Position numbers and translations under genes: made by a program
Shown: positions 41,703 through 55,749 of the stretch, in pieces
Layout: the number at the start of each line of letters is the position of its first letter
How positions within the stretch are numbered: the first letter of the stretch is position 1
Assembly: GCF_009914755.1 (NCBI RefSeq)
Contig: NC_060932.1
DNA length: 64,000 bases
Direction: 5' to 3' (one strand)
Source of the DNA: the human T2T-CHM13v2.0 reference genome, Homo sapiens
The notes under the pieces: generated by a model
Told to the model about the DNA's origin: nothing
Database searches by the model: none
Seen by the model: only the letters and a program-made list of their open reading frames with translations

Positions 41703-43829
41703 TGTATTTCACAGCATTGTAAAATGCCATTTACATACTTTTAAAACAACTCCTCATTTTTGCCATTACTATTTTGTGAGTTCACATTTTACTCTTATGT
41801 AATTAATATAAAAGGTACCATAAATCCAGTTGGCAAATTTGCCAACCTGTTCACTATCATCATCCCAGTTGATACTTTACTCAATTAGGCCCTGCATTTT
41901 ATCCTAATGTTTAGGACTTCAGTGAGTACTTACTAAATATAGCTGAAGTTTTTTTTTTGTTTTTTTTTTCCCTCTTAGTGGTGAGAAATAGATGCATTTT
42001 TAATGTTTTAATAATTTAAAAATATTAACATAAATTTGAAGGTCAGAATTTTACATATAGGGGGTTCTTCCTTTATATTCCATTTAAATAAAGTTATAAA
42101 TTGCCTTAAAGGAAAATTGAATTTGTTTTGACACATTAGCAAAAATTTCCTTATCACATCACAAATCATGAATAAAATGCTGTTACAGAGCAACAGAGGG
42201 AGCTCACACATATTTGATTCTCTCCCTGTCTCTTCACTCTGGTTAGAAAAAATGAAGTTTGCTTTAAATTTTTTATTAGATGATTCCCCCACCCTGCCAA
42301 AATAAATCCAAATATATTTTTTAAATCAACAAGGAAGTTAACTACAAGTATATTCTTCCACTCTAAATCTTAGATGTTGTGTTGTTTTTCTTTTTATAAA
42401 ATAATTTATCTAAGAAATGCTTCTGGAAAACGTTCATAGTTATGATTCATTCTGTTTACTATATTGTGTTAAATAAAATGTGTTCTCAAAATTATACATG
42501 TAAATGTTTGAGAATGAGAATCAAATCTTAAACACAAGCAGCCAAAATTTCAAAATCAACCCTTACCTACAGAGGACTATAAAGAAATCTCATTAACAAC
42601 CACAGAAACTTAATAAAGCTAAGAAAATCACATATAACAAGCCATCAGAGAATCCAGACAACTTCTGCCACAAAACCCATAAGTCGATGCCTCTGCAAAA
42701 TTTATTTAAATACCATGTTTACGTATTATAATAACTTGTCTTCTGATAATGTTTTGGGGGACCCAAATTAGTCTCCTATAAAAAAAAGACATGTCCTGAG
42801 ACTCCAAAATAAATTTTTAACTTAGGAGAAAATACATATGTTAAGATACTAAAATATAATCCAGGAAATTCAACGGTTTAAAAATTGTATTTATTATTTT
42901 TCAAAAACAAAAAATCCAGGCTTTGCAGGAACCTCAATGTAATACGTAAGTGAGTTGGACTTCGAGCAACTTAAAAACTGGACAATTATCCTTGCTCTAA
43001 TTTGCTCCCGGTTTAATCTTAGTCACATTGTACAGAGCTAACACTTATCCTCCAGTGTTCTACTAATTGCTTGGTGCTATGTTGACTACTGGGAATGAAC
43101 CACAAGATACATCACTGTAAACTGCAGGGAGTGCTTCAGTGATCATGAGGTTAAAATCTCCCCATCAGCAGAAAGAGAATTCTTTACTTAACTTAGTGGT
43201 ACAAATTATTTCCAGGTGCTGATAATTATCACTTGTGGTGTTTGATATTCCGGACTTTGCATCTAAATTTATACTTGACAAGTTAAACTTTTCATCGTGT
43301 GCATTTTCCCGTAATCTCTCAACAGCCAAAGACAAGGATAGACGGATTAGTGATGGGTGAAACCAATTCAACCCAAAATGGCAACACTTAATTACAAGTC
43401 TTGTTGTTTATAATTAACTGTGTAAATCACTAACTTGAAAGTTTCTTTTCAAAGTATTTAAAACCAACTCTTTTCCCAGGGGGATTTAATACTGTATATT
43501 ATTGCATAGTTAAGTATTATTTTGTTTGCTCTATGAACAAGATGTGAAAATGGCACATTTTACCGACTATCTTGCTAGCAAATTTGGAAAATGTTCATGA
43601 ATTGCATTACTAGCACCATTTGGTGCTTCTCAGTATTTTTGGACATTTTTTGCCTTATATATGAAAGCCAATGGAAAGACAATCCAACTACCCAAATGAC
43701 TATGAGTAATTTCTGAGAGTGGAGAGTGAGGGTCAAATTCTCAATTTCAGAAAATAAAAAAAAAAAATGAGCTTCCAAATGTATCTTCTGAGATGCATTC
43801 ATTTTTCTGTGACCAATATTTAGAATAAA

Positions 43830-44070
43830 AAATTACTGAGAACATACTCTGTGCTAGATACCATATGTTTTCTAATATTCTAATTTAGTATTTTCTATTG
43901 TAATATTAAAAAATACTGAGAGACAAGAAGACAACTCCTATTTCACTGACAATTAATCTGAGATTCAGAAAATGTAAATAACTTGTTAATGACTACTGAG
44001 CCAGTAAGAGGTTATAGATCTATAGTTTGAACTCAGTTCTTCTAAATCTAAAGTCGTACTTTTTAAAACA
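43830..44070 (-). mobile_element. MIR
   Basis: ttactgagaacatactctgtgctag...ctgagattcagaaaatgtaaataacttg...gccagtaagagg...tttgaactcagttcttctaaatctaaagtc. Confidence 0.65.
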
Positions 44071-44264
44071 ACCTCTCCAACATAATATCAAAAAAGTAAA
44101 GTATTCTCTTACCTTGCATATCTACATCAAAGAAAACCATAAGGAAAAGAAACTACAGATGTGCACGCAGTAAGTCCAAGATGCTTAAAAATGTCACATC
44201 ATGTTAAACCTGAGTCAACCTAACAGTAAGGCTGTAAAAACAACTCTACTTCCTGATTTGTTAC

Positions 44265-44440
44265 TGCATTCAGCTAATGTATTGAGGGCCTATAATGGCT
44301 CAGATCCTAGAAATATAAGGAATAAGAAGCAAAGAACCCTTCCCTAGGCTAGTGCAGGAGACCTATCAGTAAAGACATGACTGTAACACAGCATGATAGG
44401 TTCACTGGTATAGGTAGCAACAAGGGTTTCAAAGAAAGGT
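44265..44440 (-). mobile_element. L2 remnant
   Basis: cattcagctaatgtattgagggcctataatg... resembles the reverse-complement L2 3' end. Confidence 0.45.
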
Positions 44441-44605
44441 TAGCGGTTCCAGATAAATTTCATTTTAATTTCCAATGTTATTTTAAAAAATTTCTGGGCT
44501 CTAACTCAATCTATTTAGCTTCAGCTATCTAATTTTTGCACCATTTCTAAATATTTTATGTCTAGTCCCATCCTCTACCCAGTTCCTGATTTTATTATTT
44601 ATTAT

Positions 44606-44711
44606 TCAAAAAGAACGAAATGAAAATTATGTAGTTGAAAAGTAAAGCAATCGAATTTGAGTTGGTAGATGCAAGAATCAGCAAACCTGAAGATGGGTCA
44701 ATTGAGATAAA
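44606..44711 (+). mobile_element. Old L1 (L1M) ORF1-region fragment
   Basis: gaaaattatgtagttgaaaagta...atttgagttgg...aagaatcagcaaacctgaagatgggtcaattgagat resembles L1M ORF1. Confidence 0.55.
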
Positions 44712-44718
44712 GAAATTT

Positions 44719-45002
44719 GGCCAGGCATGGTGGCTCATGCCTGTAATTCCAACACTGGGAGGCTGAGAAGGGAAGACTGCTTGAGCCCATGGCTTTGAGA
44801 CCAGCCTGGACAACATGGCAAAATCCCATCTCTACAAAAATTAAAATAAAAATAAATAATCCCCCAAAATTAGCCAGGCATGGTGGCACACACCTGTAGT
44901 CTCAGCTACTCGGGAGGCCGAGATAGTAGGATTGCTTGAGCCCGGGAGGCAGAGGTTGCAATGAGCTGAGATCCTGCCACTGCTCCAGCCTGGGACATAG
45001 AG
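44719..45002 (+). mobile_element. AluJ lacking poly(A) tail
   Basis: gactgcttgagccc J-type; extended A-rich linker; ends at cagcctgggacatagag with no tail. Confidence 0.9.
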
Positions 45003-45947
45003 GCTGGAATGCAGCCTCCGACTCAGGAATTATCCTGATTTTGCTGGATAATATCTGCCGTCTACATGATCCATCATCGAGAATCTGAAAGCCTGCTCCT
45101 AAGAATCATGTTTCTCTCATTCTTCAAAGTCTTTGCAGATTGTTTTTCTCTTGAATGAGAGTTGCATATGTTTGGCAACAGAACTTTCAAACTTCACACA
45201 CCACCTCTTGACCGCAATGTCTCTTCTATCCCACATTCTTTTCTCATTCCTTAGAATTTAGAATTCATAATCTGATTTTATTTCTCTTGAGTTATAAATT
45301 CCATCATGGAAGAAAGCTTAACATGCTTTAGTACAAAATAGAAAAACAGCACAATGGACACATTTAACAGCGATATTTGAGAATTCACAAATGTTATAGT
45401 GAAATCAGAAAGCTAGTGGGAAAGTATAATTAATAAGAAAATGTAGTAAGACATTGGTAAATATTAAGGAATATATTAAAGATCAGCAATATTGTAACAG
45501 AAAAACTCAAAACAAGCGATGGATGACTGGTGGTTGGTTCTGTGTGCCTCCTATAAATAAACCACAATAAAACGAAATGAGTCCAGCAACAAAGAATTTA
45601 GTTAGAACTTTCCATTCTCAGAAAAATAAAAAGGATTCTTGAAGAGGTGAATAAAAAGATCTTGAGAATAGCATTTCTTGATCTTCCATTACTGCAGAAT
45701 TCATCTTATCAGTTGACTGATCAGTAGTAGTCAGTTAACTGAAAAAGTCAGTTAAAGTGGGGAATCATAAAAAAAAATGTAATCACCATTTAAATTACTA
45801 ATTATATTATTTAAATTAATTATTTTATTTAATCAGGAATTATATGTCAAAACACAAAAAATACATACTTTGGCTAAACTTTGAATTACATACCAGTTGT
45901 CTTTTTTACATAAACTTGTGCACATAATAGATCCTCTAAAATTTCTT

Positions 45948-46031
45948 CATTGCATGCCTGTATCAAAACAACTTACGCACCCCATAAATATATATCTAAT
46001 ATATACCCATGAAAATTAAAAAGAAAATAAA
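45948..46031 (+). mobile_element. L1MA-type extreme 3' end
   Basis: cattgcatgcctgtatcaaaac...ccccataaatatata...tacccatgaaaattaaaaag. Confidence 0.75.
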
Positions 46032-47789
46032 ATTTTCAAATGCTTATGATCTTTTCCCCAATCTGCTACAATTATCTCACCCACACTTAATCTGACACCT
46101 CAAGTGATACATTTTTATTAAATCTTTCTTTCTGAAGCATTCATTTTTGTGTCACTGAAGAACTTCCTTTTCATTCTCAGATTTTATACACTTATATAAT
46201 ATTTAATTTATTTACATAAGTATATTAATAAGTTCACATACCATAACAGGTTTGGAACAATCCCCAACAACTCTTGGTGAACGTACAGGTCAACTAATAG
46301 TAGCAGAAGCGAATGTATGTTACATTAGAGAACAAAGCCTACTATCTGAAGGCACTCAGCATGCTGTGGACATCAGATGGTGCATTTTACCAAGAAGGTC
46401 CAGAGAGAACTGGTTACATAGGGATGGCTTAGGAGGGTTTCTTACTATACTTTTTTGATATCCATCTTTCTTTTTCACCACAGTGCAAAATTTTCAACTC
46501 TACCCTCCACTCAATACACATTAATGCTTTCACCACGAACGATAAAGAACAGGAAACTATAGCTATTCTTTATTCTAGTGTAACCAATTTTCACTGGTTA
46601 TGCCAAGGCAATAGAACACTTTCACCTTTAAAAAGTAACCTCTCTTTGTAGACATACTTCCAAACTTATATCCATAATTTACTTGTGTTTTAAAATGAAA
46701 ACTCAATAATTAAAAATTAGGTTCAGAGGTCAAGCATTCCACTTGAAATCAATTGTTTTTCAGCTCTGACAGTTACATAGCCTGCCTTATATCCAAAAAC
46801 TAATCTTTATTAACAGCATTCAATCTCAGGTTCCTCATTTGTAAAACGAAAGGCCAAACTAAGAAGCTACTCATCCTTAATATAGTTTATGTTTCTGATA
46901 TGGATGTATTTTAAAGGACCACATTCCACTTTAAGATATACTTGACACATTTCAGCCAAAATTCTTGACCGTAATACAATATTTAAGTGAAATGTCAGAC
47001 ATAAACTGTGCCAGAACCCTTATATCCACACACAGCAGGACCCAAAATGAGTATCACTATACTGGATTACACCAATAAGAGAAGTCAGAGGTCAGAGAAG
47101 CCACACAGAGCCCTGCAATAGTCAACAATGCAACTTAATGTCCTTTCCATGTCCAGAACAATTTGCCATAGAACTTCTGCAAAAGAGATTAATGGTGATA
47201 GTAGCAGCAAGTGGAAGAGAAATGCAAGATATGGAAGCCTAGCCAATATTCCATTTGTAATTTGTCACATCACAGCACAATAAGACTACTGCAATTTACT
47301 ATTTGCAGTGTTGGCAATTTACAATTCAAATGAGCGCCTTGATTTTTCAAAGAATGGACTGTGTACACATCAGTCAGCATGACACAAAAATGCCCGGTCA
47401 GGTTCATTTTAAATGCACGTTTTATTTGGTACTGTTAACTAATCACTATCATTACTTTTACTGTTTACGGATGCGATATTTATTAGGCAAAATGTAATTT
47501 GGAATCCTTTCTTGCACCCAAACCTAATTCATTTCCTGACTTTCCGAAATATTTATATCCTGATTAGACACATTAGATCTTTAAAGCTATTATACTAAGA
47601 TGATTTATTTATTTCTGGGGGCAGTGTTAAAAAAACTACTCTCTAAAAGGAAGACTGAAAGGAAAAACGCCAGAGTCCTTTCCAGAACTTAGAAAAAAAA
47701 AGAAATAAAGACGGGGAGATGGGGAGAAAAAGGGAGAAGGTCTAATTTAGGGCTGTGGAAAAGGATTTAGGCGCCGGCCACTCCCAAGT

Positions 47790-47983
47790 TTGCACCCTGC
47801 TTTTAGACTCTGACTTCCTCCTATGGCCCATGGCAAGACTCTTAACTTACTTGAATCAATTTCCACATCTGTAAAATGGGGATGATGATACTCACCTCAC
47901 AGACATGTTGTGAGGATTAATTAGTGCCTGTGAAATGCTTTGAAGATGAAACGGGTTATATAAATGCTAACTATTATTATTAT
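47790..47983 (+). mobile_element. MIR-family SINE (MIR1_Amn-like tail)
   Basis: Core catctgtaaaatggggatgatgatactcacctcacag...gttgtgaggattaattag, then tail gctttgaagatgaaa...tatataaatgctaactattattattat. Confidence 0.7.
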
Positions 47984-49339
47984 GAGAGAACTGCCCAATG
48001 CTATAATTACAGTTTTAAGTCCCACAATATGACCTACTCTGAAATAATCATAGTTCCATGAGGGAAAAGCACAAGCTTAAGCTTTCTCCTTTCAATTTAT
48101 TGAACAAATACAGGGAGAAGACTCACATTTTCTCTTTTATACTTGCAAAAAGCAGAGAATCTATACTCTCCTTAACCTTGACATAAACGATTTCAGCAAG
48201 TCATTATGGCAGTTTTGAAGCAGGTTGGTGTCCTAAGGGATGTGGAGGCCCAAAGGACAGACGGGTAAAAAAAAAAGACTGAGAATATTTTCACCACCAC
48301 TTGAAACACAAAGGGAAAATAAGTAAGTGGGCTCGCTGTTGTTATCCTCACTATCACTGTTATAGGGAAGCAGGCATGGTCTTATGGAAAAGACACAGCT
48401 TCCAGGACCTCAGTGTACCACATAGAGGTGACAAGGATTAAACTAAATTGTGGCTATGTCAGCTCTGTTGCTATTGCTATTGGGTTATGTATTACACATC
48501 CACCTCTAATATGGAGTTTTATCTATTGTCTCTTTCAAGATTAGCAATGACATAAAAATTGCCAATTAGCTTTCAAAAGATCCAATAATTTTTTTTAAAT
48601 TTTTTTTGCCATCTGTGATTTTTCTTCTGAAAGAACCAAGTGTTTATTTTTTGTTATTAGGCCTTTGGTTCTAAGATATGCAAGTGAGCATTTAAAAAAT
48701 ATATATCTATATACCAAGATAAAAAGTTTTAAAAATTGAGGCTAACTCTTTAGCAAATTGAAAAATGATGTCCTCATTTTTTCTTCTTCATACAAGATTA
48801 ACTTTAGCGATTTGTTTAAGCCAAGAATCTTTCTTCTTTTTATGTACCATGAGAAGGTGAAAAAAATGAACCAAAGCCAACACAATACTGTAAGTCAAGT
48901 AAGAATCTAACTTAAATTAGCCTGGATTTTAAAATGACCCCTTCACCAGTTTATAGATCAATTACCTATCTTATACAATTCTTTGATTTGTCCTGACAAA
49001 AATAATTTAAGAAGTGATTTCTCTGAAATTTGCTCTACAACACGTTCGATGCTCATGTCTGTTTAACATAATATTGACAGTTCCCTTAATAATAAAACAT
49101 AAAAATGCAAATATCCTAAACATTAAGACATGGAATTTAAAAACTGTTACTTGTAATTCATCAAGACAAAAGTGAACAAGAAAATGTATTTAGACATAAA
49201 ATAAAATCCTCCTATCAAGAAATGTAAAGAACATTTCAGGCTAAAAAGAGAATAATTTCAAACCTGTGAAGTGGCATTTTTGTGAACACAACAATGGAAA
49301 GGAAGCAGAAGAAACAAGCGGCTAAGAGGAAGGATCTAG

Positions 49340-49505
49340 TATGAAATCTCAAATTGCAGCCCATCACTAAGTAGCCTAATTTAACTCCCAGCCAGCCACT
49401 TGCCTTCTTCAGGCCTCATTTGCCTTATCAGGGAAATGGGAGTTATAGTATCTATCTCATAGCATTACTATGAGGATTTAGTAAGTTAATGTATAAAAAT
49501 ATTTT
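49340..49505 (+). mobile_element. MIR
   Basis: gcctcatttgccttatcagggaaatgggagttatagtatctatctcatagcattactatgaggatt. Confidence 0.65.
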
Positions 49506-51742
49506 ACTTCCTGACCCTGAGGAATGTCATGAATGTGACCTATAAAATGCTGGATTGGAGGCAGGTGGAAGGGCCAGGAAGCCACTGAAATCTAAGTCCT
49601 GTACCTCCCTGGCATCTGCTGAGGATGTTGCTAGAGCTATACCTAACACCACAGTGTGCTAAGCAATTCTTCCAACTACACCTAAAAATACTAATTAAAA
49701 AGCTGTATTTTATTGATTCACTCACTAAAATTATTAGACATCCAGCAGCCTAAGAAAACCCATTTCATGTACAATATTTATAATAACTTAATGTTATTTC
49801 TATCAACAAGGATTCAAACACAACCATTTTTGCCTGATATGGAGGCACTTACGTCCACCAATGCTGTAACATTTGCATTCGTTAACACCCTTTCATTAAT
49901 TTATTAAATCATTCTCCAGTGTAACTTCTGTAGAATTCCCAGTTTTTGCTTTTGTGAAATTCTGTAGTTGATGAACCTCAGATTTTACAAGTAATTGAAC
50001 TTAACTACAGGAGAAGGAGGAGAAGAAGGTGGAGGGAAAGGACAAGAAAAAAAGCAAGATATAACTTTTTTTGGTTCCCCTCTTTTAATATTTTTTCTAA
50101 AATTCATACTAATAAATACAATCATTTAAAAATGCAGGTATCTAAAATTACATATAAACTGGTCCTTCGAGTAAGTCAGAGAATGCTATTTGCTCATTGT
50201 TAACTGTATTTTTAGTATCTTCCAAACAAAATTCTCTTTATCAAAATTATCATTTGCAGCTTTTCTAGGTAGTTTCCAAAGTGGATGCACGCTTATGGTT
50301 GGAAAGGATCCTTCTTGACAAAGCTTTCACACTCAGAAACTACTATCAAATGCAGTCAAGCACAGGAAGAAAGAATACACTGATGACCGAGTATGCTGAA
50401 ATAAAGAAACATAAGGTGCTGCTGTCTGAATTCACACTGGAGTTTCTTCCACTGGTGTCAGTGTGGTAACCTATCTAATTAAACTGCACGAATTATACTT
50501 TTCCTTCCTCTATTCAGTAGCATTTTTCACTGGATGGTGGAAGACGTCAAGTTTAATAGTTAACTCTGTGTTTTCTTAAATATTCTCTCTAATTCCTATC
50601 TAGATAATTCATATCCCTTCTTCACTATGCCTAAGAGCCTTGGACATTATTGGTTGCTACAACTTAACTTAAAGAGCAGAAAGTCATTAAAATAGCACAA
50701 GGCATTCAATGGTGTCAATTATTCTACCCTTGAAACCATCTGAAATTAAGGCCAAACTAAAAACAAATAAATAGACCTATACTATTTACTGTACTTACTT
50801 TAAAAAAATATTAAAATTAGGCAGACCATTTCTTCATTCATATTTTAGATAAAGATCCAATTCAGATTTATGAAAAATTCCAATACAACTAATGATCTCA
50901 TCAGTCAAATTCATACTATCTTTTAGTTATACTTGATGAATCAATTTTTCAACATTATTTTTAGGACAAATGGCTTCATTGTTTTATTTCAAGAACAGAT
51001 TCAAAGAAGTGAAAAGGAATAGAAAGTTATCTGAGTGAAATGCACACTTTGCAACTTATTTCACCAATTTTAATTCTTTTATCTAAGATATCACAGAGTA
51101 CAATAAAACTTGCAGATAACCTAAAACAGTTTATGATCTCAAAAAAGTATATAACAATGGAATTACAGTGTCTTTAATTATTATCATCCCTCACCTAAAG
51201 AAAAAGAATATCTTTTCAAATTGTCCACATTGTGAACTTAAGCTAGCATTATTTATATGTAAGAACATATTTAGAAAATGTCAATGGTGGGCAGCAAGCA
51301 ACTTTCAAAATAAATAACATGCAACAAATTGAAATGAATATATATATTTATATAATATGTAAAAATTAAATTCTTGCATTTAATTAAATACACACATATG
51401 TATACACTATATACATATATATTTAAAAAGCATTTGCAATAGTTTTAACAAGATTCCCAATGCTAGCTAAAAAATGCTAAATAAACAAAAAATATAAAAA
51501 CATCGTACTAATAGGTGACTTTCTCTAACAATCAAATCTATATTCTAATACACTTAAGTGATACCTGGGATACTATTTGTTTTTAATTTCAAAGATATAA
51601 CAGTGATAGCATAATAATATTTGCTTTTGTAAGTAACTCTGAATTTGGCATGTTCTTATCCTTAGTGTTTCAAGAAATAATATACATCCAATGGATAAAG
51701 TAGGAAAAAATATAAATGTAACTCTCTGGCATGTAAAAATGT

Positions 51743-51743
<1 letters not shown>

Positions 51744-51774
<31 letters not shown>
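51744..51774. repeat. (AC)15 microsatellite
   Basis: Directly visible. Confidence 0.97.
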
Positions 51775-51777
<3 letters not shown>

Positions 51778-52430
51778 CCACGGAGGTTTTAGTGTTTAAC
51801 TAATGTAACATTTCCATAAATTATTTCCATAAATTACTTTTTAAAAATCTTTTCAAAATATCTACTATTATAAGTACCTAATATAAGCAGACATCTGTAA
51901 ACTTGGGCAAAACAGTTTACATAACTCTTCATTACTGTGAGCTGAATAAGCAACTTTAGTTAAAATTTGCTTACTTTTTAACACAGAGCAGAGGTTCCTT
52001 CGAGATCCAGGTTGGTAAAACAGAAGCACAGATGTCACAAGTACGGACAAGAGGCAATTATTAAATAATTCAAAGAAAAACGTCCCAATCCTACGTTAAC
52101 TGTTCCCACAAAGTCCAGTTCAAATGTTTAAATAATAAAACTGCCAGTGTAGTTGTCAACTACATTTGAAGTTCATCACAGACTTTGTAATTTCCTAGAA
52201 ATTAAGTTTTTAATCTAGCATCCAAATTACGGGATGTTTACTTAATTTTACTTTTTAATTATATTAAGAAATATATCAAATGGTATAATTCATGCCTGAT
52301 AAAATCATAAAAATGCCATATCAAATAGCAAATGATTAAAAGATGCTTTTATTACCCATACTTTGTTAAACTGACTTTCTAAGCATCACTTGCTTTTTTA
52401 AATCAGGAAAGGGAACAAAGAATGACTCAA

Positions 52431-52527
52431 TTCTCTCTCTCTGTCTCTACCTCTCGCCCTCCCCTTCCCTTTCTCCCTCTCTCTCTTCCCTTCTATAGCC
52501 CTCTCTCCCTCTGCCTCTCCGTCTTTT
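52431..52527. repeat. CT-rich polypyrimidine low complexity
   Basis: About 95 bp of almost pure C/T. Confidence 0.85.
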
Positions 52528-52579
52528 TAACTCTGTGCTAAGCTGAAATAATCTGATGAGTCTTTAGCTTTAGCTGGGC

Positions 52580-52685
52580 CAGTGAAGCATGGGGTTTAAG
52601 CTTGTGGCTGTATGGTAGTGACCTGAGTGTGAATACCTGCCCCTAGAGCTAGGATTTTAAGCAAGTTATTTGATTCTCTGGTCAT
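52580..52685 (+). mobile_element. MIR fragment
   Basis: gacctgagtgtgaatacctgcc...tttaagcaagttatttgattctctg. Confidence 0.5.
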
Positions 52686-53110
52686 TAAACGCATCACACA
52701 CAGGTTAGTGTTTCAAATAGAAGGCAGTCACCGTAATTAGCTTCAGGGCAATCAGAACTTCTTTCTTAGGCTTCTCTGTTTTCTCCCAACCTGCCTCCCT
52801 CTAGAGAGACTCTTCACCATCTTGCCACGGTCCCTAGTCCCTTGAGCTACCCTCATCCCGGGAAAGGCTTCATTCCTTTCACTCCCGAAGAGTAGCTGCC
52901 TTTATCTTAGCCATCTCTCCACCATTCCTTCTACGCTGCACTTATTTCGGTTTTCCTTTTGTGTCCTGTTGTCTACTTTGAACAGTGAATTAATTACCTG
53001 AGAACTAAACTGTGCTGGGTTGTAAACACTAGAAATAAATTAACTTGTGGCTACTCTAAGGATCACTTCTATTTTAAGAGAAAACTTCTACGCATAATAA
53101 TCCTAAACCT

Positions 53111-53407
53111 GGCCAGGCATAGTGGCTCACATCAGTAATCCCAGCACTTTGAGAGCTGAAGCAGGAGAACTGCTTGGGGTCAGGAGTTCAAGACCAGCCT
53201 GAGCAACGTAGTGAAACACCATCTCTACATAAAAAAAAAAAAAAATAAGTCTGGTGTGGTTGGCGCATGCCTCTAAGCCCAGCTACTCAGGAGGCTAAGG
53301 CAGGAGGATCACTGAAACTCAGGAGGTTGAGGCTGCAGTGAGCCATGATTGCACCAGTGTATTCCAGCCTGGGTGACACAGCAAGATTCAAAAAATACAT
53401 ATATATA
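53111..53407 (+). mobile_element. AluJ
   Basis: ggaggatcactgaaactcaggaggttgaggctgcagtgagccatgatt J-type; perfect 15-bp TSD aataatcctaaacct. Confidence 0.93.
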
Positions 53408-53455
53408 AATAATCCTAAACCTAAAGAAATCAAGTTTTAATTGTGGGCATTTTAG

Positions 53456-53746
<291 letters not shown>

Positions 53747-55095
53747 AACAACATTCATTTGGAGGAAACCTGAGGATTTGGGAACACTGCAAGCCAAGAT
53801 ATAAAGAGAGAAAGAAGCCAGCCAGAACCACATTAAAACCTTTAACATTAAATTCTTATATTTCTAATAGGCATATTACTCTCCTTTGAGTCTATAATTA
53901 AAGTTTCAGGTAAATAAGACTACATTCAAATTCATAAAAGAATTAGTAAAGGATGAAAAATATTCTCAGTATAATCTGTGCTGTGTCTTATTCAGAATGC
54001 CTGTCTTAATCACATAGGCTTCTGATTGCTAACAATTAAAATCCTGATCTCCTTTTTCTCTCCCTAATAGATGAAAGCCTTTGTGAAGAAGATGTAAAAT
54101 TCACCCTGTCATATTACTGACAAGTGGCACTGAGCTGGTAAAGTAGTGTATTAATACTGATTACACTGATTAATAGTACCGTAAAAATTGGTTCAATGGT
54201 GCTTTAACGTTTTTTAAAGAAACAGATGAGAGACATTCTGGGCAGAATATATAATAGCTTTACATCATTCTATCACAAAGAAAAATCTTTGAAATGTATG
54301 AATTAATGTGAAAGCCGAACTGTTCCTACTGTATATCAATAAATTCATTAAAAAATTGAAATGTCTAAACATCTCTCCCTAACCCCCTGCTATCAGGAAC
54401 CTTTAAGAAAAGAATGCTCAAGGCTTATGACAGATCCTGCTAAATTCAATCACTGTCAATCTCTTTCATGCAAATGAATATGTATTCAGCATTATATAAT
54501 TGTAACAAGAGTCAATATCAATTATGTTTCCAATATGACAGGTCCTAGGAAAACATCATATTGTATAAGATGATAACATCAATACCATAAATTCTTCTAA
54601 GCAAAAGTTATAAGTTTTAATACATCAATTGGTAAGAATGTTCTCATATATAGTCCATTGTACTCCAATATCAAAGATGGACGATTAGTAGAAAAGGGAT
54701 TCCCCTGTCCCCTTTTGACAGCTGAAAAGGCTATCTATATTCCTTGAGTTGTGTAGTTCGCCCAAATGTTTGCAGCTACTCAGACAGACTTAGGAACCTT
54801 GGTCAAGTAGCTTCTCTACTATAATACTCTATTAAAAAAAAAAAAAAAAACGCTAAACAAAACAGCCCTTTGGAGTTAAGATTTAAGACACAGGAAGTGT
54901 TAAATTAGAGTAAATTAGAGTTTTACTGGATAAACTCAAGAATCTATTTGTTTTGGGGAGTGCTTTTCATACCACTACTATGCAGCAATTGTAGGATGGG
55001 CAATGCTGTCCTAGTAACCCTGGATAGGTAACAAATGTTGCAAGAGTCTCTCCTTGCTCTATTAAAGAAAACAAACAAAACAAAAATGATTTCTA

Positions 55096-55419
<324 letters not shown>

Positions 55420-55489
55420 TTAAAGGAAAGTAATTAAAAATAGTTCTGTAACAATAACAAAAGAGGGGCAGCTGTGGGCTATGATGCCA

Positions 55490-55725
55490 AAGCATTCCAG
55501 CTCTTAAGTCAGATACTGGTGGACTCTCATGCTGGCTCAGCCACTACTTAGCTGTGGGGCTTTGGGTAAGTCACTCAACCTCTCTGAAGTTCAGGAGCCT
55601 TATCTGTACAATGAAGATAATCATATTTAGTGGCTAAATCTTAAGGATACTGTGAAGACTAAATGACAATTAATGCAAATTCATATAAAGTACAACTCTT
55701 TTAACTACCATTTGTCATTACTATA
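55490..55725 (+). mobile_element. MIR
   Basis: gctcagccactacttagctgtggggctttgggtaagtcactcaacctctctgaa...atctgtacaatgaagataat. Confidence 0.75.
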
Positions 55726-55749
55726 AATTGGAGTTGATCAATCTAGAAA

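Noticed and set aside
50375-50433. C/D-box snoRNA-like motif (tgatga...ctga...ctga)
   Set aside because: Only about 50 nt separate the C and D boxes, the C-box context is imperfect, there is no recognisable guide, and it is on the strand opposite the inferred host gene.
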